Source: Wolbachia endosymbiont of Drosophila innubila
GTDB taxonomy: Bacteria > Pseudomonadota > Alphaproteobacteria > Rickettsiales > Anaplasmataceae
DNA length: 32,000 nt
Direction of reading: 5' to 3'
Assembly (NCBI RefSeq): GCF_021378375.1
Contig: NZ_CP076228.1
Coordinates: 1,020,001 to 1,052,000, forward strand
Both the position numbers and the translations under genes were made by a program. Position 1 is the stretch's first letter. Each line of letters opens with the position of its first letter. Shown one piece after another: positions 1 through 9,980 of the stretch. The notes below the pieces were generated by a model, which was given only the letters and a program-made list of their open reading frames with translations, did not search any database and had not been told where the DNA came from.

Positions 1-560
1 TCAGCAAATAAAGAGCTACTCGCAGCTATTCAAAAATATATCAAGTTTCTAAATGTAGATATGGAGCTCCTAAAATTCATGCTGAATTGAAGGCTTTGGG
101 TAAAAGTTGCAATTTGAAAACGGTGCAAAGTATTATGCAGAAAAATGACATCAGGGCTATACTGAGAAGAAAGTTTAAAATTAAAAAACAACAAACAGAT
201 AATAGAGCTGTAGCTCCCAATATACTAGATCAAAACTTTATTGTTGATCAACCAAATAAAGTATGGGATTACTTACATCAAAACCAAGGAGGGATGGCTA
301 TATTTGGCAGCAATAATTCTCACGTATGGTAGTTAATGAGTAGTGCAATAAATAAACAATTGGTTATGAACTCTTTATTAATGGCCATTAATAGGCGTAA
401 ACCTGTTAAAAATCTACTGCTGCACAGTGACCAAGGTTCACAATATACTGCGCAAGGGTATCAATATCTCTTAGCTGTAAAGAATATAGATGAGTAATAA
501 AGGCTGTTGTTACGACAATTCTGTTGCAGAAAGCTTCTTTAGCTCATTGAAAAGAGAAAT
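1..560 (+). pseudogene. IS3-family transposase OrfB remnant, frameshifted and internally deleted
   Basis: ORF 87..332 carries an IS3-type stretch (NLKTVQSIMQKNDIRAILRRKFKIKKQQ...DQPNKVW). A second frame downstream (about 346..497) encodes NKQLVMNSLLMAINRRKPVKNLLLHSDQGSQYTAQGYQYLL, the typical HSDQGSQY region. The SDITYI region with the first catalytic D is missing. Confidence 0.8.
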
Positions 561-868
561 ACTTATTGATACTTCACAACACTCTGCTCAACAAACTAGA
601 ACTGCAATATTTGAATACATAGAAATTTTTTATAACAAACAACGTCACTATTAACTATTGCATTCCAGAACAATTTGATGCATCATTCTTTTTGTAAAAA
701 ACATTCCACACTTTCTCTCCACTTTTTCTGGGTAAGGTCATATGTGTACATCCCCATCATGAATGCTATTTTCGGTAAAATCTCTTACAACGCTCAAAAG
801 CAGAAAAACAAAAACTTGATTTTCTCAGCTAAATAGTGGACCATCAAAAGCACGCATAAATATCTACA

Positions 869-3445
869 ATGAAAGAAAAAACTTTCACAATCATCGATGG
901 CTATGGTTTTCTTTTCAGAGCTTACTATGTACTACCTCACTTAATTACCACAACAGGAATGCCAATAGGTGGTGTATATGGCTTTCTGAATATGGTTCTT
1001 AAGTACATTGCCCATTCGGACTACTTAACTATAGCACTTGATGCAGGGAAAAAGAATTTTAGGCACAATTTATATCCTGAGTACAAAGCGAACAGAGTAA
1101 CGCCTCCTGAGGATCTAACTCCACAGTTCACCATACTGAGGGAAGCGGTAGAAGCTTTTAACCTCAGCTATGAAGAGATTGAAGGTTATGAAGCAGATGA
1201 TATAATTGCAACACTAGCTGCAAAATACGCCAACCACCAAGACTTTAAAGTGGTAGTCGTTTCATCAGATAAAGATTTATTTCAACTCTTGAACCACAAT
1301 ATTTTAATATTCGACCCCATTAAAAATATATATATAGATGAAAAACAAGTAATAGAAAAATTTGGCGTAAACTCACACAAGCTTCTTGATTTATTTTCTC
1401 TAACTGGTGATGCATCTGACAACATTCCAGGCGTTCCGGGAATAGGTCCGAAGACTGCAGCTAAATTACTAGATGAATTTGATTCATTGAATAATATTAT
1501 AGAGAACATTGATAACATCGAGCAAACGAGGATTCGTAATATTCTTGCTGAACATAAGGAAAAAGCGCTAATTTCAAGAGAACTTTTATCACTATGCGAA
1601 AAAGTAGACCTTCAACATGATATTGCAAAATGTGAAGTTCGCCCTCCAAAGATGGAAAAACTATTATCCTTTTTAAAGAAGTATGAATTCAATTCCTTGA
1701 TAGGGAAAGTGGAAAAGCTTTTTTCCTATAGTGGGTCTAGCACAGAAGAAAAAATAGAGTATAGTAGTGAAGAGTTAGAGAAATTTTTAGAGCATTGTAG
1801 ATATGAAGGCAAAATTGCAATTCATTACCACCTTGAAAACAATGTATTAAGTCTATCTTATAGCGAAAGTAATATTTTTTATATAGAGCAAGACAGCATA
1901 CAAGATGCACTCATTATAATTAACTTAACTTTGCTCTCAAATGGAGTGCTTAAAATAATACATAACATTAAAGAGATCAGGAAAATCTTCCCTGCAATAG
2001 AGAAGATGTTAGATTCAGTTGATGATTTGATGATAATGTCGTATAGCTTGGATACAGGAAAGCATGATCACAGTATTCCAAACATAGTTGCGCATAATTT
2101 GAGTGAAAATGCAGAAATTTTCTCGGCAAAAACTTTAATAGCAATTCATGAAAAGCTAAAGCAAAGGTTATTTCAGGAAAAATTGCTCACAATTTACGAG
2201 CGCTTCGATAAGCCACTTATGAAAGTAATATTTGATATGGAGAAAAATGGGATATTACTGAACATACAAAAATTACAGGAGCTGTCCGATAAATTTCAGC
2301 AGGTAATTGCCGTGCTTGAAGATGAGATATATAATTTGGCAGGAGAAAGATTTAATATTGCTTCGCCAAAACAATTAAGTGATGTTTTATTCAACAAAAT
2401 GGGGCTTAATAAAAAGAAAAAGTCAAAAAAATCTGGATCGTATAGCACCAATTATGAAGTTCTAGAGGCACTCGAAGAAGAAGGGGTAGAAATCGCAAGT
2501 AAAATCTTAAATTGGCGACATTTAAGTAAATTAAAAGGCACCTACACTGATGCATTAATAAAGCAAGTTGATCCACTTGATGGTAGAATACACACAAGCT
2601 TTTCAACGACTGCAACTGCAACTGGAAGGCTGAGCTCCAGCAATCCTAATTTACAGAATATTCCTATCAGAAGCGAAGAGGGAAATCTTATCAGACAAGC
2701 ATTTATTGCGCCAAAAGGGCATAAGATAATTTCTGCTGACTATTCGCAAATAGAATTAAGACTCCTGGCACACGTTGCAAACGTTGCAGCATTTAAAGAA
2801 GCTTTTGCAAACGGACAAGATATTCATGAGATCACCGCAAGGCAAGTTTTTGGAGTGCAAGAAATAGATGAGCAATTAAGACGCAAAGCAAAATCCATCA
2901 ATTTTGGAATTATATATGGCATTAGCCCATTTGGTCTTGCAAAGCGGCTTGGAATTACCATTGCGGAAGCTGCTGAATACATTAATTACTATTTTTCCTG
3001 TTACCCAGAAATAAAGGCCTATATGGAAAAAGCAGTGTCTATCGCAAGATTGCATGGTTATGTAGAAACTTTGTTTGGCAGGAGATGCTTTGTAAGAGAC
3101 ATAAACAATACAATTCCTTATATAAGACAATTTGCAGAAAGGGCAGCAATAAACGCACCACTGCAAGGAACCGCTGCTGATATAATAAAACGTGCGACAA
3201 TTCAGCTTTTTGACCAATTGAAAGTAGGTAAAATAATCCTCCAGGTTCACGATGAACTACTGGTTGAAGTAGAAGACGAAAAGGTGCAAGAAACAGCAAA
3301 ACTTATAAAAGATATAATGGAAAATGCAATAGAAATTTCTATACCACTTGAAGTAGAAATAAAAATTGGCGACAACTGGGGTCTAAATTCCCTTAATTAT
3401 GACTTAAACATCGTGAATTCTAGGAGTATAGATTATTTGAATTAA
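869..3445 (+). CDS. polA: DNA polymerase I
   Basis: 858-aa ORF with N-terminal 5'-3' exonuclease motifs (YKANRVTPPEDL, SSDKDLFQL, LTGDASDNIPGVPGIGPKTA) and polymerase motifs (TATGRLSSSNPNLQNIPIR, SADYSQIELRLLAH, RRKAKSINFGIIYG, QVHDELLVEV). Confidence 0.97.
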   Translation: MKEKTFTIIDGYGFLFRAYYVLPHLITTTGMPIGGVYGFLNMVLKYIAHSDYLTIALDAGKKNFRHNLYPEYKANRVTPPEDLTPQFTILREAVEAFNLSYEEIEGYEADDIIATLAAKYANHQDFKVVVVSSDKDLFQLLNHNILIFDPIKNIYIDEKQVIEKFGVNSHKLLDLFSLTGDASDNIPGVPGIGPKTAAKLLDEFDSLNNIIENIDNIEQTRIRNILAEHKEKALISRELLSLCEKVDLQHDIAKCEVRPPKMEKLLSFLKKYEFNSLIGKVEKLFSYSGSSTEEKIEYSSEELEKFLEHCRYEGKIAIHYHLENNVLSLSYSESNIFYIEQDSIQDALIIINLTLLSNGVLKIIHNIKEIRKIFPAIEKMLDSVDDLMIMSYSLDTGKHDHSIPNIVAHNLSENAEIFSAKTLIAIHEKLKQRLFQEKLLTIYERFDKPLMKVIFDMEKNGILLNIQKLQELSDKFQQVIAVLEDEIYNLAGERFNIASPKQLSDVLFNKMGLNKKKKSKKSGSYSTNYEVLEALEEEGVEIASKILNWRHLSKLKGTYTDALIKQVDPLDGRIHTSFSTTATATGRLSSSNPNLQNIPIRSEEGNLIRQAFIAPKGHKIISADYSQIELRLLAHVANVAAFKEAFANGQDIHEITARQVFGVQEIDEQLRRKAKSINFGIIYGISPFGLAKRLGITIAEAAEYINYYFSCYPEIKAYMEKAVSIARLHGYVETLFGRRCFVRDINNTIPYIRQFAERAAINAPLQGTAADIIKRATIQLFDQLKVGKIILQVHDELLVEVEDEKVQETAKLIKDIMENAIEISIPLEVEIKIGDNWGLNSLNYDLNIVNSRSIDYLN

Positions 3446-3480
3446 TATGAAAAATATGCTACAATTGAAGTATAGTAAAT

Positions 3481-4512
3481 GTGAGTAACTCAGTTATGAC
3501 AAAAATATTAACTCCACAAACAAAGAATTTGGAACCTTCAAATCAGGTAACTAACAAAGATGAGAAAATTTTTGAAAAAGAGGAACATCAGGTAATCTAT
3601 GATTACTTTGTAAAAGTATTAGAAGGTAAAGCCGAATTAAAGGAGAACAAAGAAATAACTGATTATTTTATATCAGCTTATAAGGACATACTACTTAATA
3701 ATGTCAATCCAAAAGATATAAAACCACTCAGTGAAGAGAATTTTTCTCAGTTTTTACTTTCTATGTTTAAAGAAATTAGAGAGCAAGGCTTAGCTAGAGA
3801 AGAGAAATTAAATAATGATAAAATACAACAAATAATAACCAAGTGTGTAGCTGATATACGTGGTACAGAAGCTAAAGATTCATCCATAAAGTTTGTATTG
3901 GAAATGCTGCTGCTAATTGGAGGGATCAAAATAGACCCGAAAAATATTTCTGGCTCCTTTATGGATGGGATGAAAGAAAAAATACCATTCTTAGGTAAAG
4001 ACAAGAAAGAAGAGGATGAACCACCACTCAGTGATGAAGAGATGGTAACAACGTTCTTAAGCAAGATCTTTTTTCCTGTCCTTCTTTCCACTATTCCAAT
4101 GTTAATTTTTGGTCCTACTACACTCGGAGTAGTTTTTACTGCTATCGGCACAATATTTGCCATAAAAGGAGGAGTGGAGGTTCTTTTTTCAAATAACAAA
4201 AAAGGTACTTTGTATGACCCTAGCTCACAAGATAAAGATGATACAGAAAAGAGAGCAAAACTGAATGGAAAAATTCTCGAGGGCATTGATGATATTTTAA
4301 AAACCCCAGTTACAGAAGTTGAGAAAGGCACCTCTGTTTCTGAACAAATTTCCCAAGGAAAAGAAAAGAGTGAACAACAGCCTGTTCCTGAGCAAATTTC
4401 CCAGGTAGGAAACGAAAAAAGTGAGCAGCACGATCAATCTTGGACAGGAAAGGAAAACAAACGAAGGGAAAAACCACAGAGCAGCAAAGGTAAGACTACT
4501 CAGGTTTGCTAA
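3481..4512 (+). CDS. Hypothetical protein with central hydrophobic segment(s) and a low-complexity, repeated C-terminus
   Basis: 343-aa ORF; hydrophobic stretch FFPVLLSTIPMLIFGPTTLGVVFTAIGTIFAI; C-terminal repeated VSEQISQGKEKSEQQ / VPEQISQVGNEKSEQH. No family recognised. Confidence 0.7.
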   Translation: MSNSVMTKILTPQTKNLEPSNQVTNKDEKIFEKEEHQVIYDYFVKVLEGKAELKENKEITDYFISAYKDILLNNVNPKDIKPLSEENFSQFLLSMFKEIREQGLAREEKLNNDKIQQIITKCVADIRGTEAKDSSIKFVLEMLLLIGGIKIDPKNISGSFMDGMKEKIPFLGKDKKEEDEPPLSDEEMVTTFLSKIFFPVLLSTIPMLIFGPTTLGVVFTAIGTIFAIKGGVEVLFSNNKKGTLYDPSSQDKDDTEKRAKLNGKILEGIDDILKTPVTEVEKGTSVSEQISQGKEKSEQQPVPEQISQVGNEKSEQHDQSWTGKENKRREKPQSSKGKTTQVC

Positions 4513-4538
4513 AAGTGAATTGTGTAAGAGATCTGCTA

Positions 4539-5324
4539 TTATTCTATAGCACATACAACAGGAGTATGGTCAGACGGATTTTCTAGCTTACGCAATCTAT
4601 CATCTATGTAGCATGTTTCCAATTTATCTACAGCTTGTGGTGATAACAGCATATAATCTATTCGCATTCCTTGATTATTTCTGAGTGAATTGCCTTGATA
4701 ATGCCACCAAGTGAATTGTTGCAAATTTGGGTGAGATATTCTAAACGCATCTTTAAACCCAAGATTCAAGATCGCTCTTAACTTCTCACGTTCTCTTATA
4801 TGAAAGCACACTTGGCCATTCAATAAGTTTGAATCAAAAACATCAATTTCATCCGGTGCAATATTATAATCGCCAGCTATAATAGTTAACTCTTCATTCT
4901 TCAACAAAGTGCTCATCCTTTCATATAGGTTATCAAAAAACTTGAGTTTATATTCAAATGCGTGAGAGTCCGGGCTTTGACCGTTTGGCACGTATACACT
5001 TCCTACCCTTATCTTACTATTGGTATACTTTATCACGCACTCTATATAACGTGCTTCTTGATGACTTTCCACAATGTCAATTTTAAACTTCTCCAGTATC
5101 GGATATTTAGATAAAACACAAACGCCATTTCTTGCAACTTGTCCATAGATAGCATATTCATATCCTAACTTTTCTATCTCCGCATAAGGAAATTGCTCTT
5201 CCGTACATTTTATCTCTTGCAGCAAAACTATATCTATCTGACTATCAACTATAAAACTACAAAGTTGGTTAACTCTTTTACGTATGGAGTTTACATTCCA
5301 AGTTGCAATCTTTAGCATCAGCAA
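4539..5324 (-). CDS. xth: Exodeoxyribonuclease III (AP endonuclease family)
   Basis: LKIATWNVNSIRKR, LLQEIKC, NGVCVLSK, GDYNIAP, WW(H)Y, RIDYMLLS and NPSDHTPVV motifs of the ExoIII/EEP family. Confidence 0.95.
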   Translation of the reverse strand: MLMLKIATWNVNSIRKRVNQLCSFIVDSQIDIVLLQEIKCTEEQFPYAEIEKLGYEYAIYGQVARNGVCVLSKYPILEKFKIDIVESHQEARYIECVIKYTNSKIRVGSVYVPNGQSPDSHAFEYKLKFFDNLYERMSTLLKNEELTIIAGDYNIAPDEIDVFDSNLLNGQVCFHIREREKLRAILNLGFKDAFRISHPNLQQFTWWHYQGNSLRNNQGMRIDYMLLSPQAVDKLETCYIDDRLRKLENPSDHTPVVCAIE

Positions 5325-6025
5325 TCCTTATTAATTATATCAATTAAACTCTCCCCAGTAGGCAACCTCGATGTTATAATTTTTTTCCACTTGATTAACT
5401 TTAAACTATCAGCAATGTTTTTACTCATGGTATATGCAACTGTATTATTCATCACATGAGATAGCCCACTTTTTAGAACTAATGAACAAAATACCCTTGC
5501 TGTCTGTGAGGAAAAAAAAGCAACACTACCAATTTTACCATCCAACAGTAAATTTTTACACCTATTAGTTAGACTCCTTTTAATGATTGTTTTATAGAGT
5601 ACAACTTCTCTTACGTTAAAATCTTCTTCAGATAATCTCTTTTTTAGGTCACATGATACTTCTTGTCCTCTTATATATAAGAACTTTATTGCACTTGAAT
5701 AGTGAGCTTTTATGAATGATATCAGACCATCAACGTTGCTGTCTGCTGAGATTATATCAGAAAATCCCAAATTTTTTGCAGCCTGCATGGTTGAATTACC
5801 AACTGTAATAATCGGAAAGTCATCCACTTTGCATATTTGACTAAAAGCCTTTACACTGTTTTTACTTGTGGATATTACAACGTCAAATTCGTGTGCAGAT
5901 ATATCAGGATTTAAGTACTTTATTGTGAATACTGGTTCTATATAAACTTTGTATCCATACTTTCTCAATATATTTCTTGTATTGAACGAATCCAATAAAG
6001 GCCTCGTTAATAAAATAGACTTCAT
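5318..6025 (-). CDS. hemD: Uroporphyrinogen-III synthase
   Basis: 235-aa ORF starting MKSILLTRPLLDS, with ...DVVISTSKNSVKAF..., ...KFLYIRGQEVSCDL..., ...VAFFSSQTARVF.... Overall architecture matches divergent HemD; it overlaps xth by 7 bp. Confidence 0.75.
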   Translation of the reverse strand: MKSILLTRPLLDSFNTRNILRKYGYKVYIEPVFTIKYLNPDISAHEFDVVISTSKNSVKAFSQICKVDDFPIITVGNSTMQAAKNLGFSDIISADSNVDGLISFIKAHYSSAIKFLYIRGQEVSCDLKKRLSEEDFNVREVVLYKTIIKRSLTNRCKNLLLDGKIGSVAFFSSQTARVFCSLVLKSGLSHVMNNTVAYTMSKNIADSLKLIKWKKIITSRLPTGESLIDIINKDC

Positions 6026-6278
6026 TCTGATTTATTTCACTACTAGTAAAATAGTACCCTTTATACACAAATTACTGAATAAAAACTTTTATTTTGATAG
6101 CTTGAGCAATTATTCAAGTAATTTATGTGGAAGTAGGAGTACTAAGCGCTCCTACCCCAATAAGCCCACAATTTCTGCTTACACTTTTTTGACGCTAATT
6201 ACATCGAACTCTTTTGAATGGCTTCCTTCAGTGGAATTATATAGCTAATATTCCTGTATAAGTTAAATAAGTTAATAC

Positions 6279-6776
6279 TTAAGCTTGTACTCTTGCAGTA
6301 TTTGAAGAGAGATTCTCAAGGACGTTTTTTGTCTGTGGTTCACTAATCATAGTTTGAACGATATTAGCTGCCATAATAACACAGCCTAGAATAAAAAAAG
6401 GCGTAGAAACAAAATAAATAACAGAAGACTCAAAAAGCGACATAGATGCAATACCTCCTATTAGAAATGAAGCACTGGATGCTATATCAAGATAGATCTT
6501 TGTTAACTTTTTTTGTCCTGGAGTGTTTTTTATGCCAGATTTCTTATTAAGATTCTGTTGTCGGGAATGATCATTTAGTGACCATATATTTAAAGCAAAC
6601 GAAAGTGCACTGAATATAGTGCCGGCAATACTAAAATACAGACTTAAGACAGGAATATTCAAGACCAATGCCGCTATGTATCCAATGAAAGAGATAGTAG
6701 ATAGTGTAGTAACTAAGCGTTTCGAGTAAGTTCGTACCTTCTTTCTGTAGGCTAACTTATCTTTTTCACCATACAT
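6279..6776 (-). CDS. Hypothetical membrane protein
   Basis: 165-aa ORF with several hydrophobic segments (STISFIGYIAALVLNIPVLSLYF, VYFVSTPFFILGCVIMAANIV). Confidence 0.6.
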   Translation of the reverse strand: MYGEKDKLAYRKKVRTYSKRLVTTLSTISFIGYIAALVLNIPVLSLYFSIAGTIFSALSFALNIWSLNDHSRQQNLNKKSGIKNTPGQKKLTKIYLDIASSASFLIGGIASMSLFESSVIYFVSTPFFILGCVIMAANIVQTMISEPQTKNVLENLSSNTARVQA

Positions 6777-6846
6777 AGCATAAATATTACCTAATATGTT
6801 ATATTATAACATTAATTAATTCAATAAGCAATATGGAAGCTAAGAG

Positions 6847-6933
6847 TGCCCGAGAGAAGACTTGAACTTCCACAACTTAAAAAGTTACTAGCACCTGAAG
6901 CTAGCGCGTCTACCAATTCCGCCACCCGGGCTT
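6847..6933 (-). tRNA. tRNA-Leu (anticodon CAG)
   Basis: The reverse complement GCCCGGGTGGCGGAATTGGTAGACGCGCTAGCTTCAGGTGCTAG...GTTCAAGTC...CTCGGGCA folds as a class II tRNA: 7-bp acceptor, CTAGC-TTCAGGT-GCTAG anticodon arm, long variable arm, GTTCAAGTC T-loop. Confidence 0.95.
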
Positions 6934-6993
6934 TTTATAGTTTACTATGTTAAAGTTAAATAATATACTTAAACAATTTTTAGTTCAAAGGTA

Positions 6994-8412
6994 ATGCCAA
7001 ATCTAGATCAAATATTTTTTGCTCAAAACAATGTTAATATTAATAACGTATATAAAATAGTCAATAACGCTTTGAGCAATAGCGATGGTGGTGAGCTGTT
7101 TCTAGAATTTTGCCAGTCGGAGTCCCTGGTTTTTGAGGATAACATATTAAAACACATGGACTTGAATACTAGAAGGGGATTTGGTTTAAGGTCTTTTTGT
7201 GAAGATAGTACATCTTTCGTTTGTTCTTCTGAGATCAGCGAAAAAGAAATTAGTAATGCTGCTTCTATGGTAAAAAGCTCAGTGTCTTTAAACAAGACAA
7301 ATTCAATAAATTTAAACGAAGAGACAAAAAGCCTATATTCGAGGATTAACCCTATAAATGAAATGGATCTGAATTCAAAGATTAAGCTACTCAATGAGGT
7401 TAATGAGTATGTAAGGTCCAAAAATAACTGCGTGAAGCAAGTAAAAATAACTCTAAGTGGAGAATGGCAAGTTGTACAAATAATAAAGGGTGATCACAGA
7501 TTAAGCGATATCAGGCCTCTGGTACGTTTTAATGTGCTAGTCATTGTAGAAAAAGATGGCCGTACCGAAAGAGGTTCTGCAGGGCATGGTGGAAGGGACT
7601 CTTATAGTAAGTTTATTTCTGAGAAAAAGTGGAAAGAAGTTGCAAACCAAGCGTTAGAACAAGCACTGGTAAATCTTGAAGCAATTCCAACTCCAGCCGG
7701 AGAAATGACAGTCGTTTTAGGTCCAGGCTGGCCAGGAATATTGTTACACGAAGCCGTGGGTCATGGACTTGAGGGCGACTTCAATCGCAAAAAAGTCTCA
7801 GCATTTTCAAATTCTGTGGGTAAACAAGTAGCAGCTAGTGACATCACAGTAGTTGATGACGGAACTCTGCCCAATTTGCGCGGCTCTATCAGCGTAGACG
7901 ATGAAGGCACTCCACCCAGTTATAATATATTGATAGAGGATGGGATCCTAAAAGGATACATGCAGGATCATATGAACGCTAAACTCATGGGTGTAAGCCC
8001 AACTGGTAATGGTAGAAGAGAAAGTTATAAAGAAGTTATTATGCCGCGCATGACAAACACCTATATGTTGCCCGGAAAGTATACACCGAAGGAAATAATA
8101 TCTAGCGTAAAGAAAGGTCTATATGCAGTAAATTTTGGTGGTGGGCAGGTTGATATAACGTCAGGAAAATTTGTTTTTTCATCTTCGGAAGCTTACCTAA
8201 TAGAAAATGGCAAAATTACACAGCCAGTAAAAGGAGCAACACTAATTGGTGACGGTCCAACAGTGTTGAAAAAAGTATCTATGGTTGGTAATGACTTAAA
8301 GTTAGATCCTGGTGTTGGCACATGCTCGAAAGATGGACAAAATGTGCCCGTTGGAGTTGGTCAGCCGACACTCAAAGTCGACGCAATAACTGTTGGTGGA
8401 ACTGAGATATAG
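6994..8412 (+). CDS. tldD: TldD-family metalloprotease
   Basis: HEAVGHGLEGD metal-binding motif, GTPPSYNILIEDGILKGYM, and a glycine-rich C-terminus. Confidence 0.93.
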   Translation: MPNLDQIFFAQNNVNINNVYKIVNNALSNSDGGELFLEFCQSESLVFEDNILKHMDLNTRRGFGLRSFCEDSTSFVCSSEISEKEISNAASMVKSSVSLNKTNSINLNEETKSLYSRINPINEMDLNSKIKLLNEVNEYVRSKNNCVKQVKITLSGEWQVVQIIKGDHRLSDIRPLVRFNVLVIVEKDGRTERGSAGHGGRDSYSKFISEKKWKEVANQALEQALVNLEAIPTPAGEMTVVLGPGWPGILLHEAVGHGLEGDFNRKKVSAFSNSVGKQVAASDITVVDDGTLPNLRGSISVDDEGTPPSYNILIEDGILKGYMQDHMNAKLMGVSPTGNGRRESYKEVIMPRMTNTYMLPGKYTPKEIISSVKKGLYAVNFGGGQVDITSGKFVFSSSEAYLIENGKITQPVKGATLIGDGPTVLKKVSMVGNDLKLDPGVGTCSKDGQNVPVGVGQPTLKVDAITVGGTEI

Positions 8413-8444
8413 ATAAGGGCTAAAACGGATTCCAGCGCACGGCG

Positions 8445-8592
8445 CACAGCTGTACAAACATTATGATTTGGAAGCAATTGCCACCAATAGGGTGTCATCC
8501 CAGTGTCTGGGCACTGCCTTTGTGTTTGAGGCAAAACTGGCTATAACATTTAACACACTGCTTTCGCAAATAAATGTTCGTACAGTTATGTG
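8445..8592. repeat. Small inverted-repeat-bounded intergenic element (MITE-like), copy 1
   Basis: Left end CACAGCTGTACAAACATT; right end AATGTTCGTACAGTTATGTG, an imperfect terminal inverted repeat. Same ends as 20369..20590. Confidence 0.55.
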
Positions 8593-8698
8593 TCAGCTAC
8601 TTGGATGACACTTTTGTACTTGATGCAAGATTATATCTTGAAAAAATTAAGTTTTAATGCTATAAAATAATTGTAAATTTTGTCTCCGTGGTAGCTTT

Positions 8699-9946
8699 AT
8701 GAATGTTGAAAGTAAAAAAATACACGATGTTAAAATAAAATTACCAATATTTCTTGATTATCAATCTACTACTAAAGTAGATCCCCGTGTTTTAGAGGTG
8801 ATGATACCTTACTTTGGTGAGTTCAGCAATGCACACTCTCGCAGCCATTCATTTGGTTGGACTGCTGAAGAAGCAGTGGAAAAAGCAAGGAAACACATCG
8901 CTGATCTGGTGAACGCAGATAGCAAAGAAATTATCTTTACCTCAGGTGCAACTGAGTCAAATAATACGGCAATCAAGGGCGTTGCTCACTTTTATAAAAA
9001 TAAAGGAAATCATATAATCACTGTCTGCACGGAGCATAAGTGTGTTCTGGATTCTTGTCGGCATCTGGAAAATGAAGGCTTTAAAGTTACATATTTGCCT
9101 GTTAAGCAAAACGGAATTATAGATTTATCAAAGCTTGAGGAAGCAGTTACTGATAAAACAATTTTGATTTCAGTAATGATGGTAAATAATGAAATCGGAG
9201 TAATTCAGCCTGTAAAAGAGATTGGTAAAATATGCAGAAAGCATAATATATTTTTCCATACAGATGCAGCTCAAAGCTTTGGAAAAGTTCCAATTGATGT
9301 TAATGAGATGTGCATTGATCTTATGAGTCTCTCTAGCCACAAAATTTATGGACCTATGGGAATAGGCGCATTATATGTACGTAGAAAGAATCCTCGTGTT
9401 AGGCTGATGCCACTAATTAGTGGTGGTGGACAGGAAAGAGGCATGCGTTCTGGAACAGTTCCAACACCTCTTGCAGTTGGTTTTGGTGAAGCGGCACGTA
9501 TTGCTAGAGAAGAAATGAAAAAAGAAACAACTAGAGTGAAAGAATTAAGGGATATTTTGTATAACAAGATAAAAGAAGCGTTTCCTGATATCGTTTTAAG
9601 TGGTGATTATGAAAATAGCATTCCTGGCAACCTAAACTTGAGCTTTCCCTATGTTGAGGGTGAGTCTCTCATCATGGCAATCAAGGATTTAGCAGTAAGT
9701 TCTGGTTCTGCGTGCACGTCTGCGTCTCTTGAGCCTTCCTATGTAGTACGGTCGCTAAATAATGGCCATGACCTTGAGCATTCATCAATTAGATTTGGCC
9801 TAGGCCGATTTACAACTAGAGAAGAAGTTTTGTATGCAGCAGATCTTGTTGCTAAAAATGTTGGCCGACTGAGAGAAATGAGCCCACTTTGGGAGATGGT
9901 ACAAGAAGGAGTAGATTTGAACACCGTGAAATGGGACTCTCATTAA
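8699..9946 (+). CDS. iscS: Cysteine desulfurase IscS
   Basis: [72 protein letters not shown]. Confidence 0.96.
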   Translation: MNVESKKIHDVKIKLPIFLDYQSTTKVDPRVLEVMIPYFGEFSNAHSRSHSFGWTAEEAVEKARKHIADLVNADSKEIIFTSGATESNNTAIKGVAHFYKNKGNHIITVCTEHKCVLDSCRHLENEGFKVTYLPVKQNGIIDLSKLEEAVTDKTILISVMMVNNEIGVIQPVKEIGKICRKHNIFFHTDAAQSFGKVPIDVNEMCIDLMSLSSHKIYGPMGIGALYVRRKNPRVRLMPLISGGGQERGMRSGTVPTPLAVGFGEAARIAREEMKKETTRVKELRDILYNKIKEAFPDIVLSGDYENSIPGNLNLSFPYVEGESLIMAIKDLAVSSGSACTSASLEPSYVVRSLNNGHDLEHSSIRFGLGRFTTREEVLYAADLVAKNVGRLREMSPLWEMVQEGVDLNTVKWDSH

Positions 9947-9980
9947 ATGTATCCGTTCCAACTGCAAATGCACTTTGAAA

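Noticed and set aside
2406-3299. Minus-strand ORFs within polA
   Set aside because: Antisense to strongly conserved PolA motifs; no independent protein features.
5949-6248. Plus-strand ORF antisense to the hemD start
   Set aside because: It overlaps the hemD 5' end on the opposite strand and has no recognisable features.
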